Origin: an uncultured Alphaproteobacteria bacterium
GTDB lineage: Bacteria; Pseudomonadota; Alphaproteobacteria; Rhizobiales; Xanthobacteraceae
Length of the DNA stretch: 64,000 nucleotides
Reading direction: 5' to 3'
Assembly: GCA_963722125.1 (NCBI GenBank)
Contig: CAVRJW010000005.1
Location: 1,075,206-1,139,205 of the forward strand
How positions within the stretch are numbered: the stretch's first letter is position 1; the number at the start of each line of letters is the position of its first letter. Both the position numbers and the translations under genes were made by a program. Below, one piece after another: positions 39,789-49,376 of this stretch. The notes beneath the pieces were generated by a model. The model ran no database searches, was not told the DNA's origin, and was given only the letters and a program-made list of their open reading frames with translations.

Positions 39789-41039
39789 CTATGCTTCCGG
39801 GCCGGCGTATTTTCCGGCGGTCTCGGGGAACATGTTTTTGATAATTTTGAATTTCGAGATATCGACCGTTGCGTCCATATGCATGAAGATCACGGCGTCG
39901 CGCAGCACCTTCTCGATGCCGAAATCCAGCATGATACCGTTGCCGCCGTGCAGCTCGACTGCATGCTGAGCGACCTTCATGATCTCTTCCGACGCGAACA
40001 TCTTGGCCATGTTGACCAAGGTCTCTGCCTCAGGCGCGTTTTCGTCGACCGCCTGTGCAGCGCGGTCCAGCAGCGCCCGCACCGCTTCGATTTTTGTTGC
40101 CATTTCAGCAAGCCGTAACGCCACAGCTTGATGCTTGATCAGAATACGACCGCCCTGGACGTAGTTCTGCACATACTCCGCCGTTGCTTCGAAGGCGCGC
40201 ACGCCAACCCCAAGATTCTTTGCAGCCTGAATGATTTTGCCCGGACGGAAATAAACGCCGGCCGAACCCATGGCGCTGTCCTGCACCAGGAGATGGTCGC
40301 CGGGGATAAACATGTCCTCGAAAACCATCTCGCCGTTGTTCATAAAACGGCAGCCGAGCGTCTCATTACAGCGCGCGACCGTGAAGCCTTTTGTTTCTCG
40401 CGGCACCAGGAACGATGAGGTGCCCTGCATCATGCCGACTTTGGGATTGGTGTTGGCGTAGACGACATAGAGGCTCGCGTCATAGCCATTGGAAATGAAT
40501 TGTTTGCGGCCATTGATAACCCAGCCGCCATTGGTTTTGACCGCTTTTGTCTGCATGGCCGCCTCGGGCACATTGTAAGGCAGCCAGCGATCTGAAGCGC
40601 CGCGCGGCTCGGTCAAACAATGCGCCATCAGGAATTGTGGCTCAGCGACGAGGCGCTTAAACCATTTCTCCTGCAGATGTTTGGGCGCGAACTGACGCAG
40701 CAACACGGACACTTTCCAGTTCTGCACCATCTTGTCGGCGAGGCCCGAGTTGCCGCGCGCAATCTCTTCCGACACCACGGCAAAAGTCTTGACCTCGGTG
40801 CCTTTCTCAAGTTCGACCCCGCCGTATTCTTCCGGAACGCCAAGCGTGCGAATCCCGATTTTTTCGGCTTCTTCCAGAATGCGAAGGGGCAATCGCTCTT
40901 CGGGAACCATCGACCATTCGAGCTTCCAGTTTTGCTTGATGAAAGGAAGAACGATGTCGTCGACGAAATCGCGGCAGCTCTGCCGCATCATGCGCAATTC
41001 TTCGGACAGACCCCGGTCTCTCGACATACGCTCCAACAT
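39789..41039 (-). CDS. Acyl-CoA dehydrogenase family protein
   Basis: ACAD-like domains (LTEPRGASD, FISNG, HGGNGI). The start is taken at M30 (41039), which leaves a 55-nt gap to the upstream gene. Confidence 0.85.
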   Translation of the reverse strand: MLERMSRDRGLSEELRMMRQSCRDFVDDIVLPFIKQNWKLEWSMVPEERLPLRILEEAEKIGIRTLGVPEEYGGVELEKGTEVKTFAVVSEEIARGNSGLADKMVQNWKVSVLLRQFAPKHLQEKWFKRLVAEPQFLMAHCLTEPRGASDRWLPYNVPEAAMQTKAVKTNGGWVINGRKQFISNGYDASLYVVYANTNPKVGMMQGTSSFLVPRETKGFTVARCNETLGCRFMNNGEMVFEDMFIPGDHLLVQDSAMGSAGVYFRPGKIIQAAKNLGVGVRAFEATAEYVQNYVQGGRILIKHQAVALRLAEMATKIEAVRALLDRAAQAVDENAPEAETLVNMAKMFASEEIMKVAQHAVELHGGNGIMLDFGIEKVLRDAVIFMHMDATVDISKFKIIKNMFPETAGKYAGPEA

Positions 41040-41094
41040 AGACGTGATCCTTTTTGAGTTTGCCCGGGCAGACTTGCCAATGCCAAATTGACCG

Positions 41095-42276
41095 TTACGC
41101 CGCTTTGCGGCTCGCGAGAAAATCACCCATGCGGGCGAGCGCCTTCAAGATATTTTCGGTCGAGTTGGCGTACGATAGTCGCACATAGCCTTCTCCAAGT
41201 ATGCCGAAATCGGGCCCACCGATGATGGCGACGCCGGCGTCTTCCAGAAGCGATGATGCGAGCGCCTTGGCCTTCCAGCCGGTACTTTTGACATTGGGAA
41301 AAGCATAAAAGGCGCCCTTTGGGATTGCGCATGAAACTCCGGGCAACTTGTTGAGCCCCTCGACCACCACTCTCCGTCGTTTGTCGAATTCAGCGATCAT
41401 CTTGTGCACTTCGTCCTGCGGTCCTTTCAGCGCGGCGAGACCGGCGTATTGCGCCGAAGCGTTGACGCAGGAATGCAGGTTGACCGCAAGCTTGCGCGCA
41501 TAGTCGTAAAGCTTGCCCGGCCACACCGCATAACCAAGCCGCCAGCCGGTCATGGCGTATGTCTTTGACCAGCCATTGAGCAGAATCAGCCGGTCGCGAA
41601 TCGAGGGATACGACAACAGACAAACATGCGTTTCCCCGTCGTAGACCATATGGTCGTAGATCTCGTCGGACATGACGGCAACGTCTGGCCATTTCTCGAG
41701 GCCGGCAACAAGTTTGTCGACTTCACCTTTTGGCGTAACACCGCCAGTGGGATTGGCGGGTGAATTCAAAATCAGCAATCGTGTGCGAGGCGTGATCAGC
41801 TTGAGTGTTTCTTCCGCCGAAAATGCAAAACCGTTCTCTTCGCGGATCGGCACCGGCAGCGGCTTGGCGCCGGTGAACTCGATCATCGATCGGTAGATCG
41901 GAAAGCCGGGATCGGGATAAAGGATTTCAGCACCCGGCTCGCCAAACATCAAAATAGACATGAACATAGTCGGCTTACCGCCCGGCATAATCATCACGCT
42001 GTCGGGCGAAACTTCAACTTTGAAGCGCTTGGCGAGATCCGCGGCGACCGCTTCGCGCAAGGCCGGAATACCATTCGCCGGCGTATAGCCATGATGACCA
42101 TCACGCAGGGCCTTGACGGCCGCTTCGACGATGAAGTCCGGCGTGCGAAAATCAGGCTGGCCGATGCCGAGATTAACAATGTCGCGACCTTGTGCGACCA
42201 GCGCATTGGCCCGGGCGAGCACGGCAAACGCGTTTTCCTCGCCTATCCGATCGAAGGCCGCGATTGTACGAAGCAT
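41095..42276 (-). CDS. Pyridoxal-phosphate-dependent aminotransferase, class I/II (aspartate aminotransferase-like)
   Basis: NLGIGQPDF, NSPANPTG and GWSKTYAMTGWRLGY (PLP-lysine region). Confidence 0.88.
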   Translation of the reverse strand: MLRTIAAFDRIGEENAFAVLARANALVAQGRDIVNLGIGQPDFRTPDFIVEAAVKALRDGHHGYTPANGIPALREAVAADLAKRFKVEVSPDSVMIMPGGKPTMFMSILMFGEPGAEILYPDPGFPIYRSMIEFTGAKPLPVPIREENGFAFSAEETLKLITPRTRLLILNSPANPTGGVTPKGEVDKLVAGLEKWPDVAVMSDEIYDHMVYDGETHVCLLSYPSIRDRLILLNGWSKTYAMTGWRLGYAVWPGKLYDYARKLAVNLHSCVNASAQYAGLAALKGPQDEVHKMIAEFDKRRRVVVEGLNKLPGVSCAIPKGAFYAFPNVKSTGWKAKALASSLLEDAGVAIIGGPDFGILGEGYVRLSYANSTENILKALARMGDFLASRKAA

Positions 42277-42409
42277 AACTGCACTCCTCCCACGCGGGCG
42301 CTGCTTACGCGACATATGCGCGGCGGCGCCTCCTCTGAGGCGTGCACTTCAGCCGATCAGAAGGCAAAAATCAAACACTGCCAGAACCTTCGCCCGGTAT
42401 GCGGTCAAG

Positions 42410-42673
42410 TCAGGGATCGCCACCGAAACGACCGCTCACATCGCGCCAGATCTGGAAGCGGATATTCGGGTCAGGGTCGTCGCCGAGATAAACACCGCTG
42501 TAATAAAGCGGCCCTGCGGGAAACAGGTTAGTCCCCCAATATTTGCCCTGAGTTGTCTCAGTCGCAGTTACTGCCTTTTTGTGCTTGCGCGACTTCGCGG
42601 CATCCGCCGGCGAACTCAGCGCGAATGCCGCAATCAACGTGGCAGCCAGCACTCTTAGCGGAAGCGATGACAT
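42410..42673 (-). CDS. Small secreted hypothetical protein
   Basis: 87 aa from MSSLPLRVLAATLIAAFALSSPADA (signal peptide). No recognisable domain. Confidence 0.5.
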   Translation of the reverse strand: MSSLPLRVLAATLIAAFALSSPADAAKSRKHKKAVTATETTQGKYWGTNLFPAGPLYYSGVYLGDDPDPNIRFQIWRDVSGRFGGDP

Positions 42674-42904
42674 GGCAATTCTCCATGACACGAGGTGATG
42701 TCCTCCGCTTAGCGAATTGGTGTGGCGGCGCAAAGCCAATGGCGCTCCAAAGCGATCACATCTCGGTGTCGGAATAACGAGGCACTTTGGGGGTTTCACG
42801 CCGTCAAACTGCGTGATCGGAACCGTCCGTTCGCCATGGCCGACATTGCAAACGTGACACTGTTAGAGGCATTGTTGCGTTTCGAGCATCTACAGGACCG
42901 GGCC

Positions 42905-43744
42905 ATGAGCGTTGCCGACAAATGCCGCGCATTCCGCGCGCTACACGAGAGCGGATGTTTCGTCATTCCAAATCCATGGAACGTCGGAAGCGCGCGCTAT
43001 CTGCAAGGTCTTGGCTTCAAGGCGCTAGCGACGACGAGCGCGGGTTACGCCCATTCCATCGGCTACTCGGACGGTGACGTGACCCGCGACATGGTGCTCG
43101 CGCATTGCCGCGAAATTGCGCAAGCGGCCGACATCCCGGTCAATACGGATTTCGAAGGTGGCTATGCCGATGACCCGGAAGGCGTCGCTGCGAATGTCCG
43201 GCTTTGCATCGACACGGGTGTGGCCGGATTGTCGATCGAAGACTTCACTGAGAACGATGCTGACCCCCTCTACGAATTTGAATTGGCAGTAAAACGCGTT
43301 CGTGCGGCACGCGACGCGATCGATAAAGCTGGTGGTGGCGTGGTGTTCACCGCGCGAACCGAAGGCTTCATTCGAGGCCGGCCCGATTTAACTGAGACGG
43401 TTCGCCGGCTGAAGGCATTTGCAGACGCTGGTGCCGATTGCCTTTACGCGCCGGGCATCAAGACACGTGAACAAATCGAAACAGTGGTCAAAGCCGTTGC
43501 GCCGTTGCCGGTCAACTTGTTGATGCCGGCACCGATGGGTTTCACGGTGGACGACGTTGCGGCCATGGGCGTCCGTCGGATCAGCGTCGGCGGCACCCTT
43601 GCCCGAGTTGCGATGCATGCCTTCATTCAATCCGCGCGACAGATCGCGCAAGACGGCAAATTCGACAGTTTCGCCGGTATCACGTCGAATGCGGAGTTAA
43701 ACAAATTTTTCCACGACGACCTGCCGCGGCGGCCTAAATTGTAA
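42905..43744 (+). CDS. Isocitrate lyase/PEP mutase superfamily protein (2-methylisocitrate lyase/oxaloacetate decarboxylase-like)
   Basis: FRALHESGCFVIPNPWNVGSAR...TDFEGGY...GLSIED. The start could instead be the ATG at 42836. Confidence 0.75.
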   Translation: MSVADKCRAFRALHESGCFVIPNPWNVGSARYLQGLGFKALATTSAGYAHSIGYSDGDVTRDMVLAHCREIAQAADIPVNTDFEGGYADDPEGVAANVRLCIDTGVAGLSIEDFTENDADPLYEFELAVKRVRAARDAIDKAGGGVVFTARTEGFIRGRPDLTETVRRLKAFADAGADCLYAPGIKTREQIETVVKAVAPLPVNLLMPAPMGFTVDDVAAMGVRRISVGGTLARVAMHAFIQSARQIAQDGKFDSFAGITSNAELNKFFHDDLPRRPKL

Positions 43745-43748
43745 CGAA

Positions 43749-44996
43749 ATGAATTCCGTCTCAGCCCTTCCGTCCGGCTTGATCCGGCAACGGCCATTCG
43801 TCCTGTTTTGGTTGGCGCGTCTCGCCTCGACCATGGGCTATCAAATGCTGGCCCTGACGATCGGCTGGCAGATCTACGAAATTACCAACAGCGCTTTTGA
43901 CCTTGGGCTCGTCGGCCTGATTCAATTCGTGCCTGCGGTGGTACTGACATTGCTGATCGGGCATGCCGCAGATCGGTACGACCGCCGCCTCATTGTCCGC
44001 ACGGCCCAGGGCGTCTATGCGCTGGCTGCCGTGATGATGACTGCGGCATTGGTGGCCGGCATCCTTGGACGCGAACTTCTCTTTGCCGCAGTATTCATGA
44101 TCGGCTGCGCGCGCGCTTTCGAACTGCCGACGGCGCACGCGATGGCGCCAACCCTCGTTCCCCCGTCACTGATCTCACGCGCAGTCGCAGCCTGGACATC
44201 CGCCAACCAGACAGCCGTAATTTGTGGTCCCGCATTAGGCGGTCTGATTTACGTAGCAAGCCCCGTGATGGTTGGCGTTGTTTGTCTGGCGTTCTTCGCC
44301 TGCTCAACCACCTTGGTGAGTTTTGTTCGCTCAGAACGACCGGCGCCACCCCGTGAGCCTCCGACCTTCGCTTCGGTATTTGCCGGCTTCGAATACATCC
44401 GCACAAGACGCCGGCTGTTGGGTGTCATTACGCTCGACTTGTTTGTGGTGATCCTCGGAGGTGCAACGGCACTCCTCCCCATCTATGCCAGAGATATCCT
44501 CAGCGTCGGCCCGATTGGCCTCGGCCTGTTACGCTCCGCGCCGGCGGCCGGCGCGTTGATCACATCGCTCGTGCTGGCGCGCTATCCGGTCGAACGCCAC
44601 ATCGGCCGCAAGATGTTCGCGGTTGTCGGCATTTTCGGCATTGCGACCATTGTATTCGGGCTTTCAACGTGGTTTCCGCTATCGCTGCTCGCGCTCGCGA
44701 TGCTTGGTGCGTCAGACGCGGTCAGCATCGTCATTCGCTTTTCGCTGGTACAGATTGAAACGCCGGATGAAAAACGCGGTCGGGTTAGCGCGATCAACTA
44801 TCTGTTCGTTGGTTCCTCGAATACGCTGGGCGAATTCGAGTCCGGAGCGATCGCGGCCTGGCTCGGTGCCGTGCCGTCGGTAGTAATCGGCGGACTAGGT
44901 TCTCTGCTGGTGGCGGCGATATGGATGACGTTATTTCCGGATCTCCGTCGGATTGATCGCTTTGAACCTGTGGACCGCAAGCAAGCGAGGACGTGA
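43749..44996 (+). CDS. MFS transporter (EntS/DUF894-like)
   Basis: 415 aa with 12 hydrophobic segments and GHAADRYDRR in loop 2-3. Confidence 0.8.
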   Translation: MNSVSALPSGLIRQRPFVLFWLARLASTMGYQMLALTIGWQIYEITNSAFDLGLVGLIQFVPAVVLTLLIGHAADRYDRRLIVRTAQGVYALAAVMMTAALVAGILGRELLFAAVFMIGCARAFELPTAHAMAPTLVPPSLISRAVAAWTSANQTAVICGPALGGLIYVASPVMVGVVCLAFFACSTTLVSFVRSERPAPPREPPTFASVFAGFEYIRTRRRLLGVITLDLFVVILGGATALLPIYARDILSVGPIGLGLLRSAPAAGALITSLVLARYPVERHIGRKMFAVVGIFGIATIVFGLSTWFPLSLLALAMLGASDAVSIVIRFSLVQIETPDEKRGRVSAINYLFVGSSNTLGEFESGAIAAWLGAVPSVVIGGLGSLLVAAIWMTLFPDLRRIDRFEPVDRKQART

Positions 44997-45973
44997 TGCA
45001 TATCCTGATTACCGGCGCCGCGGGGATGATTGGTCGCAAACTCACAGCAAGGCTGGTCAAAGACGGCGGCCCTGGCGGCAAACCGATCGACCGGCTCACG
45101 CTGATTGACGTCGTGACTCCGGAAAAGCCGGCCGGCTATGCGGGCGCAATAGACGTTGCAACCAGCGACCTCTCCGCACCAGGCGCTGCAGCCAAAGCCA
45201 TTGGCGGCGGGCCGGATGTGATATTTCACCTTGCTGGCGTCGTTTCGGGCGAGGCAGAAATCGATTTCGAAAAGGGATACCGGGTCAATCTGGATGGGAC
45301 CCGCGCGTTGCTGGAGGCAATCCGCGCCGCCGGTTACAAGCCGAAGGTCGTCTTTACCTCTTCGATCGCGGTATACGGCGCGCCGTTTCCGACTTCCATC
45401 CCCGATGACTTCCACCTCACACCACTCACGTCGTATGGGACGCAGAAGGCGATGAGCGAATTACTGCTCGCCGATTACACGCGGCGAGGTTTACTCGACG
45501 GCATCGGCATTCGATTGCCGACCATCTGTGTGCGGCCGGGCAAGCCGAACAAAGCCGCCTCGGGCTTTTTTTCAGGGATCATTCGAGAGCCGCTTGCCGG
45601 CCAGGAGGCGGTCCTGCCGGTCTCGGAAAGCGTACGGCACACGCACGCGAGCCCACGAGCTGCAGTCGGCTTTCTGATTCACGCGGCCGGTTTGACGCCT
45701 GAGCAACTTGGGCCACGCATCAATCTTGCGATGCCCGGTGTTTCATGCACGGTCGGCGAGCAAATCGAAGCGTTACGCCGCGTCGCCGGCAGTAAAATCG
45801 CCGCGCGTATTCGCCGCGAGCCGGATGAACTCGTCCAGAGAATTGTCTCTGGTTGGGCCGAGCGGTTAGACGCGAAGCGCGCACGTGAACTCGGATTTAA
45901 GGCCGAAGCAACTTTTGACGATATTGTGCGCGCCCATATTGAGGACGAGCTTAGCGGGAAAATAGCGAATTAA
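44993..45973 (+). CDS. NAD-dependent epimerase/dehydratase family protein (D-erythronate dehydrogenase-like)
   Basis: MHILITGAAGMIGRKL Rossmann motif and a YGTQK catalytic motif. The start overlaps the MFS stop (GTGATG). Confidence 0.7.
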   Translation: MMHILITGAAGMIGRKLTARLVKDGGPGGKPIDRLTLIDVVTPEKPAGYAGAIDVATSDLSAPGAAAKAIGGGPDVIFHLAGVVSGEAEIDFEKGYRVNLDGTRALLEAIRAAGYKPKVVFTSSIAVYGAPFPTSIPDDFHLTPLTSYGTQKAMSELLLADYTRRGLLDGIGIRLPTICVRPGKPNKAASGFFSGIIREPLAGQEAVLPVSESVRHTHASPRAAVGFLIHAAGLTPEQLGPRINLAMPGVSCTVGEQIEALRRVAGSKIAARIRREPDELVQRIVSGWAERLDAKRARELGFKAEATFDDIVRAHIEDELSGKIAN

Positions 45974-46026
45974 CACGCTCTATCTGTTCGCTTGCATAGC
46001 GCACCGCAAACCTTACATTGTTAGCT

Positions 46027-46851
46027 ATGACCTACGTCGACGCAGCCGTCGCCCCTTTACGAAAAACTGGCCAAATCAAGATTCACGGACCCGCCGCCTT
46101 CCAGGCGATGCGCGAGGCGGGCCAGCTTGTGGCGCGTTGCCTTGATATGCTGACCGAGCATATCCAGCCCGGCGTGCAGACCGAAAAAGTTGATAAGCTT
46201 GTTTTCGATTACGCGATGGATCACGGCGCTTTGCCGGCTACGTTGATGTACCGCGGCTACAAAAAATCGACCTGTACATCTCTCAACCACGTCGTGTGTC
46301 ACGGTATTCCTGGCGACAAGCCGTTGAAGGATGGCGATATTGTCAATATCGACGTGACGCTGATCCTCAATGGATGGCATGGCGATTCCAGCCGTATGTT
46401 TGCAATCGGCGAGATCCCGCGCCGCGCTGAACGACTGATCGAGGTCACACATGAGGCGATGATGCGCGGCATCGCCGCCATTCGGCCAGGTGCGACGAGC
46501 GGCGATGTCGGGCACGCAATTCAGACCTACGTTGAAGCGCAACACATGAGCGTCGTGCGTGACTTCTGCGGCCACGGTCTTGGGCGTTTGTTTCACGATG
46601 AACCGAACATCGTGCACGTCGGCCGTCCCGGTGAGGGCATCGTGTTGAGGCCGGGCATGTTCTTCACAGTGGAGCCGATGATCAATCTCGGACGCCCACA
46701 TGTGAAGGTGCTGTCCGATGGCTGGACGGCCGTAACGCGCGACCGCTCGCTGTCGGCTCAGTTCGAGCACACCGTCGGCGTTACTAAAGACGGCGTCGAG
46801 GTTTTCACCTTTTCGCCAGCCGGGCTGCACAAGCCACCATACAAGCGCTAA
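46027..46851 (+). CDS. map: Type I methionine aminopeptidase
   Basis: VCHGIP, DIVNIDVT, GHGLGR, FTVEP and QFEHTV metal-ligand motifs. The ORF is open from TTG 46018. Confidence 0.92.
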   Translation: MTYVDAAVAPLRKTGQIKIHGPAAFQAMREAGQLVARCLDMLTEHIQPGVQTEKVDKLVFDYAMDHGALPATLMYRGYKKSTCTSLNHVVCHGIPGDKPLKDGDIVNIDVTLILNGWHGDSSRMFAIGEIPRRAERLIEVTHEAMMRGIAAIRPGATSGDVGHAIQTYVEAQHMSVVRDFCGHGLGRLFHDEPNIVHVGRPGEGIVLRPGMFFTVEPMINLGRPHVKVLSDGWTAVTRDRSLSAQFEHTVGVTKDGVEVFTFSPAGLHKPPYKR

Positions 46852-46944
46852 AGCGCACTTCCCCGATTTACTGCCCGCTTTTCTCAAAGATTGTGTTTTT
46901 CTGATATACAATTATTACGTGTATATGCGCACAAATGCACTTTC

Positions 46945-47661
46945 ATGATCGACAAACGTGACAAGGCCACGCGGGCAGTCGGGACGCCGCCGCCGCACTA
47001 TCACGGGCACCGTGAACGGCTGCGCGGACGCTTCCGGCAGGCCGGCGCTGACGCCGTCAGCGACTACGAATTGCTGGAGCTGGTGTTATTCCGCGCAATA
47101 CCGCAGCGCGATGTGAAGCCGCTTGCGAAGGAGCTGATCGCTAAATTCGGCTCGTTTCCCGAAGTGATTTCGGCGCCGCCGGCCCGGCTTACGGAAATTA
47201 AAGGCGTCGGCGACGCCGCCATTACCGAACTCAAGATCGTGCACGCCGCAGCGAGCCGGCTGGCACGCGGCCAAGTACAAAAGCGGCCGGTCCTCTCGTC
47301 GTGGTCGAGCGTGATTGATTATTGCCGTACCACCATGGCCTTCGCCGATAAGGAACAGTTTCGAGTGCTGTTCCTCGACAAACGAAACCAGCTAATTGTC
47401 GACGAGTTGCAACAGGTCGGCACCGTCGATCACACGCCGGTCTATCCGCGCGAGGTCGTCAAACGTGCGCTCGAACTTTCCGCCACTGCGTTGATCCTCG
47501 TGCACAACCATCCGTCGGGCGATCCGACGCCATCGCACGCCGACATTCAGATGACGCAGACAATCATCGATGTCGCACGCCCGCTCGGAATCGCCGTGCA
47601 CGACCACATCGTCGTAGGCAAGGAAGGCCATGCCAGCTTCAAGGGACTGCGCCTAATCTAG
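46945..47661 (+). CDS. radC: RadC-family JAB-domain protein
   Basis: N-terminal [11 protein letters not shown] and a helix-hairpin-helix-like region. C-terminal JAMM motif [13 protein letters not shown]. Confidence 0.88.
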   Translation: MIDKRDKATRAVGTPPPHYHGHRERLRGRFRQAGADAVSDYELLELVLFRAIPQRDVKPLAKELIAKFGSFPEVISAPPARLTEIKGVGDAAITELKIVHAAASRLARGQVQKRPVLSSWSSVIDYCRTTMAFADKEQFRVLFLDKRNQLIVDELQQVGTVDHTPVYPREVVKRALELSATALILVHNHPSGDPTPSHADIQMTQTIIDVARPLGIAVHDHIVVGKEGHASFKGLRLI

Positions 47662-47662
47662 A

Positions 47663-48346
47663 TTATTGCCGCACCAGCGTGATCTGGTCGGCACTTTCGG
47701 GCACGCGGCGCCAGGTCGTGTTGTCGACCTCCTCGAAACGCCATGGACTGCCGCGCGACGGCACCAGCATCAATTCGTCGCGATCGATGGCCCATTGCGC
47801 GAAATTGAGCCGTGCGATCGCCGCGTCGCAGCCAGGCTTCACTGTCACGGCGAGGTTTTCGCCGGCCTTGGTCATACCGAGCGTCAGCACACAGATCGGT
47901 GGCCCAGATTTGCGAACTATCGCCCAATTTCCTGCGACCTGTTCCGGCGGCTTTGGCGGCGCGCCGGCGGCAGCCGCATTTTGCAAGAACAGCACGCCAA
48001 CACCGGGCGTCGGCGCTTCGAAAATTCCGTCCTCTACTTCGCTGAATTCGACGACCGACTTGCCACGCGCATCAAGCAGATAGAGCAAATCGTTGTCGGG
48101 GAATTTCCAACCCGCGACATCGCGTACCAGCGGGAACAGGTTGACGCAGTTAGAGTCGAATTCGATCTTGAAACCTGCCGGACCCGGATCACTCTTGAAC
48201 GTGGCTGTGCAAGTCCGGTCGCGGTCGGCATTAGAAAATTCCCAGCTGCCGACCATTCGTTGCGCAGAATCGCCGAGCGTCGCCGGCTGCGCGAGCGCAA
48301 CCCCGGCAATACTGACTGCCGCAAGACCGATCGAAAGACGGGCCAT
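47663..48346 (-). CDS. Secreted protein with two tandem Inh/Omp19-like (protease-inhibitor beta-barrel) domains
   Basis: Signal peptide, then two similar modules: GSWEF...CTATF...CVNLF...WKF...LLYLLDARG and GNWAIV...CVLTL...CDAAI...WAIDRDELMLVPSRG. Each has two Cys. Confidence 0.55.
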   Translation of the reverse strand: MARLSIGLAAVSIAGVALAQPATLGDSAQRMVGSWEFSNADRDRTCTATFKSDPGPAGFKIEFDSNCVNLFPLVRDVAGWKFPDNDLLYLLDARGKSVVEFSEVEDGIFEAPTPGVGVLFLQNAAAAGAPPKPPEQVAGNWAIVRKSGPPICVLTLGMTKAGENLAVTVKPGCDAAIARLNFAQWAIDRDELMLVPSRGSPWRFEEVDNTTWRRVPESADQITLVRQ

Positions 48347-48383
48347 TTGCAACCTATAGCACCAGCGCTTGCTAACCACGTCA

Positions 48384-49361
48384 CTAACGTTTCGGCGGCC
48401 AGGGCGTTTCCGGAACCGGCGTAAGCGGCGGCTTCCCGGCTGCCCATGCCAAAATATTGTCGACGACAAGCTGGTCCATCGCCGCCCGCGTCGCTTCGGT
48501 CGACGAGCCAAGGTGGGGAAATAGCACTATGTGATCCATCTCGATCAGTTCTTTCGGCACGCTGGGCTCGTTGGCAAACACGTCGAGGCCGGCGGAATAG
48601 ATCGTACGCTTTTTCAAAGCTTCGATAAGGGCCGGCTCATCCACCACCGAACCCCGCGCCATGTTGATCAGCACACCCCGCGGGCCCAGCGCTTTGAGCA
48701 CCTCGGCATTGATCATGTTCTTTGTGCTGGCACCGCCCGGTACAATGACCATCAGGGTGTCGACATCCCGTGCCATGTCGATGAGGTTGGGATAATGCTT
48801 ATAGCTTACGCCCTGTTGCGGGCTGCGGCTGTGATAGACAATCGGCAAGCCAAAGGCTTCGAGGCGTCGCGCAATGGCCTTGCCGATGCGGCCCATCCCG
48901 ACCATGCCGACCTTCCGATCGCGCAGAGTGGCTTTGGTGAGCGGATAGTGAGCGTCCGTCCATTTCCCGGCACGCAAATAGCGGTCTGATTGCGGCAGTT
49001 CACGCACGGTGCAAAGCAGAAGGCCGAGCGCGGTGTCCGCGACCTCTTCATTGAGCACTTCGGGCGTGTTGGTGACGACAATGCCGTGCTCCCCTGCCCA
49101 TTTGGCATCGATATGGTCGTAACCGACGCCAAAGCTCGAGACCTGCTGGAGGTTGGGAAACTGCTGAAGAAAATTACCGTCGACCTTATTGGCGGTGTAG
49201 GCAATCGCGATCGCTTTGATTTTGTTGCCGACGTCTTTGACAAGGGCGGCTTTATCCTTGGCGTCAAGCCAGTGATGGAGCGTCACCTTACCCTCAAGAC
49301 CCTTCATCATCACGGGCTTCTTGGCGCCGACCAGCAGCACGTCCGGCTTTTCGCCAGCCAT
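48384..49361 (-). CDS. D-isomer-specific 2-hydroxyacid dehydrogenase (glyoxylate/hydroxypyruvate reductase-like)
   Basis: GMVGMGRIGKAIARR NAD motif, and the catalytic R/E/H context (NMARG, FPHLGS). Confidence 0.88.
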   Translation of the reverse strand: MAGEKPDVLLVGAKKPVMMKGLEGKVTLHHWLDAKDKAALVKDVGNKIKAIAIAYTANKVDGNFLQQFPNLQQVSSFGVGYDHIDAKWAGEHGIVVTNTPEVLNEEVADTALGLLLCTVRELPQSDRYLRAGKWTDAHYPLTKATLRDRKVGMVGMGRIGKAIARRLEAFGLPIVYHSRSPQQGVSYKHYPNLIDMARDVDTLMVIVPGGASTKNMINAEVLKALGPRGVLINMARGSVVDEPALIEALKKRTIYSAGLDVFANEPSVPKELIEMDHIVLFPHLGSSTEATRAAMDQLVVDNILAWAAGKPPLTPVPETPWPPKR

Positions 49362-49376
49362 TTCAAATTCTCCTTG

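Noticed and set aside
46945-47661. RadC/JAB gene as a marker of a mobile or anti-restriction island.
   Set aside because: It sits in the ordinary chromosomal context next to map. There are no integrase, conjugation, ArdC/ParB or other island genes nearby, and no obvious composition shift.
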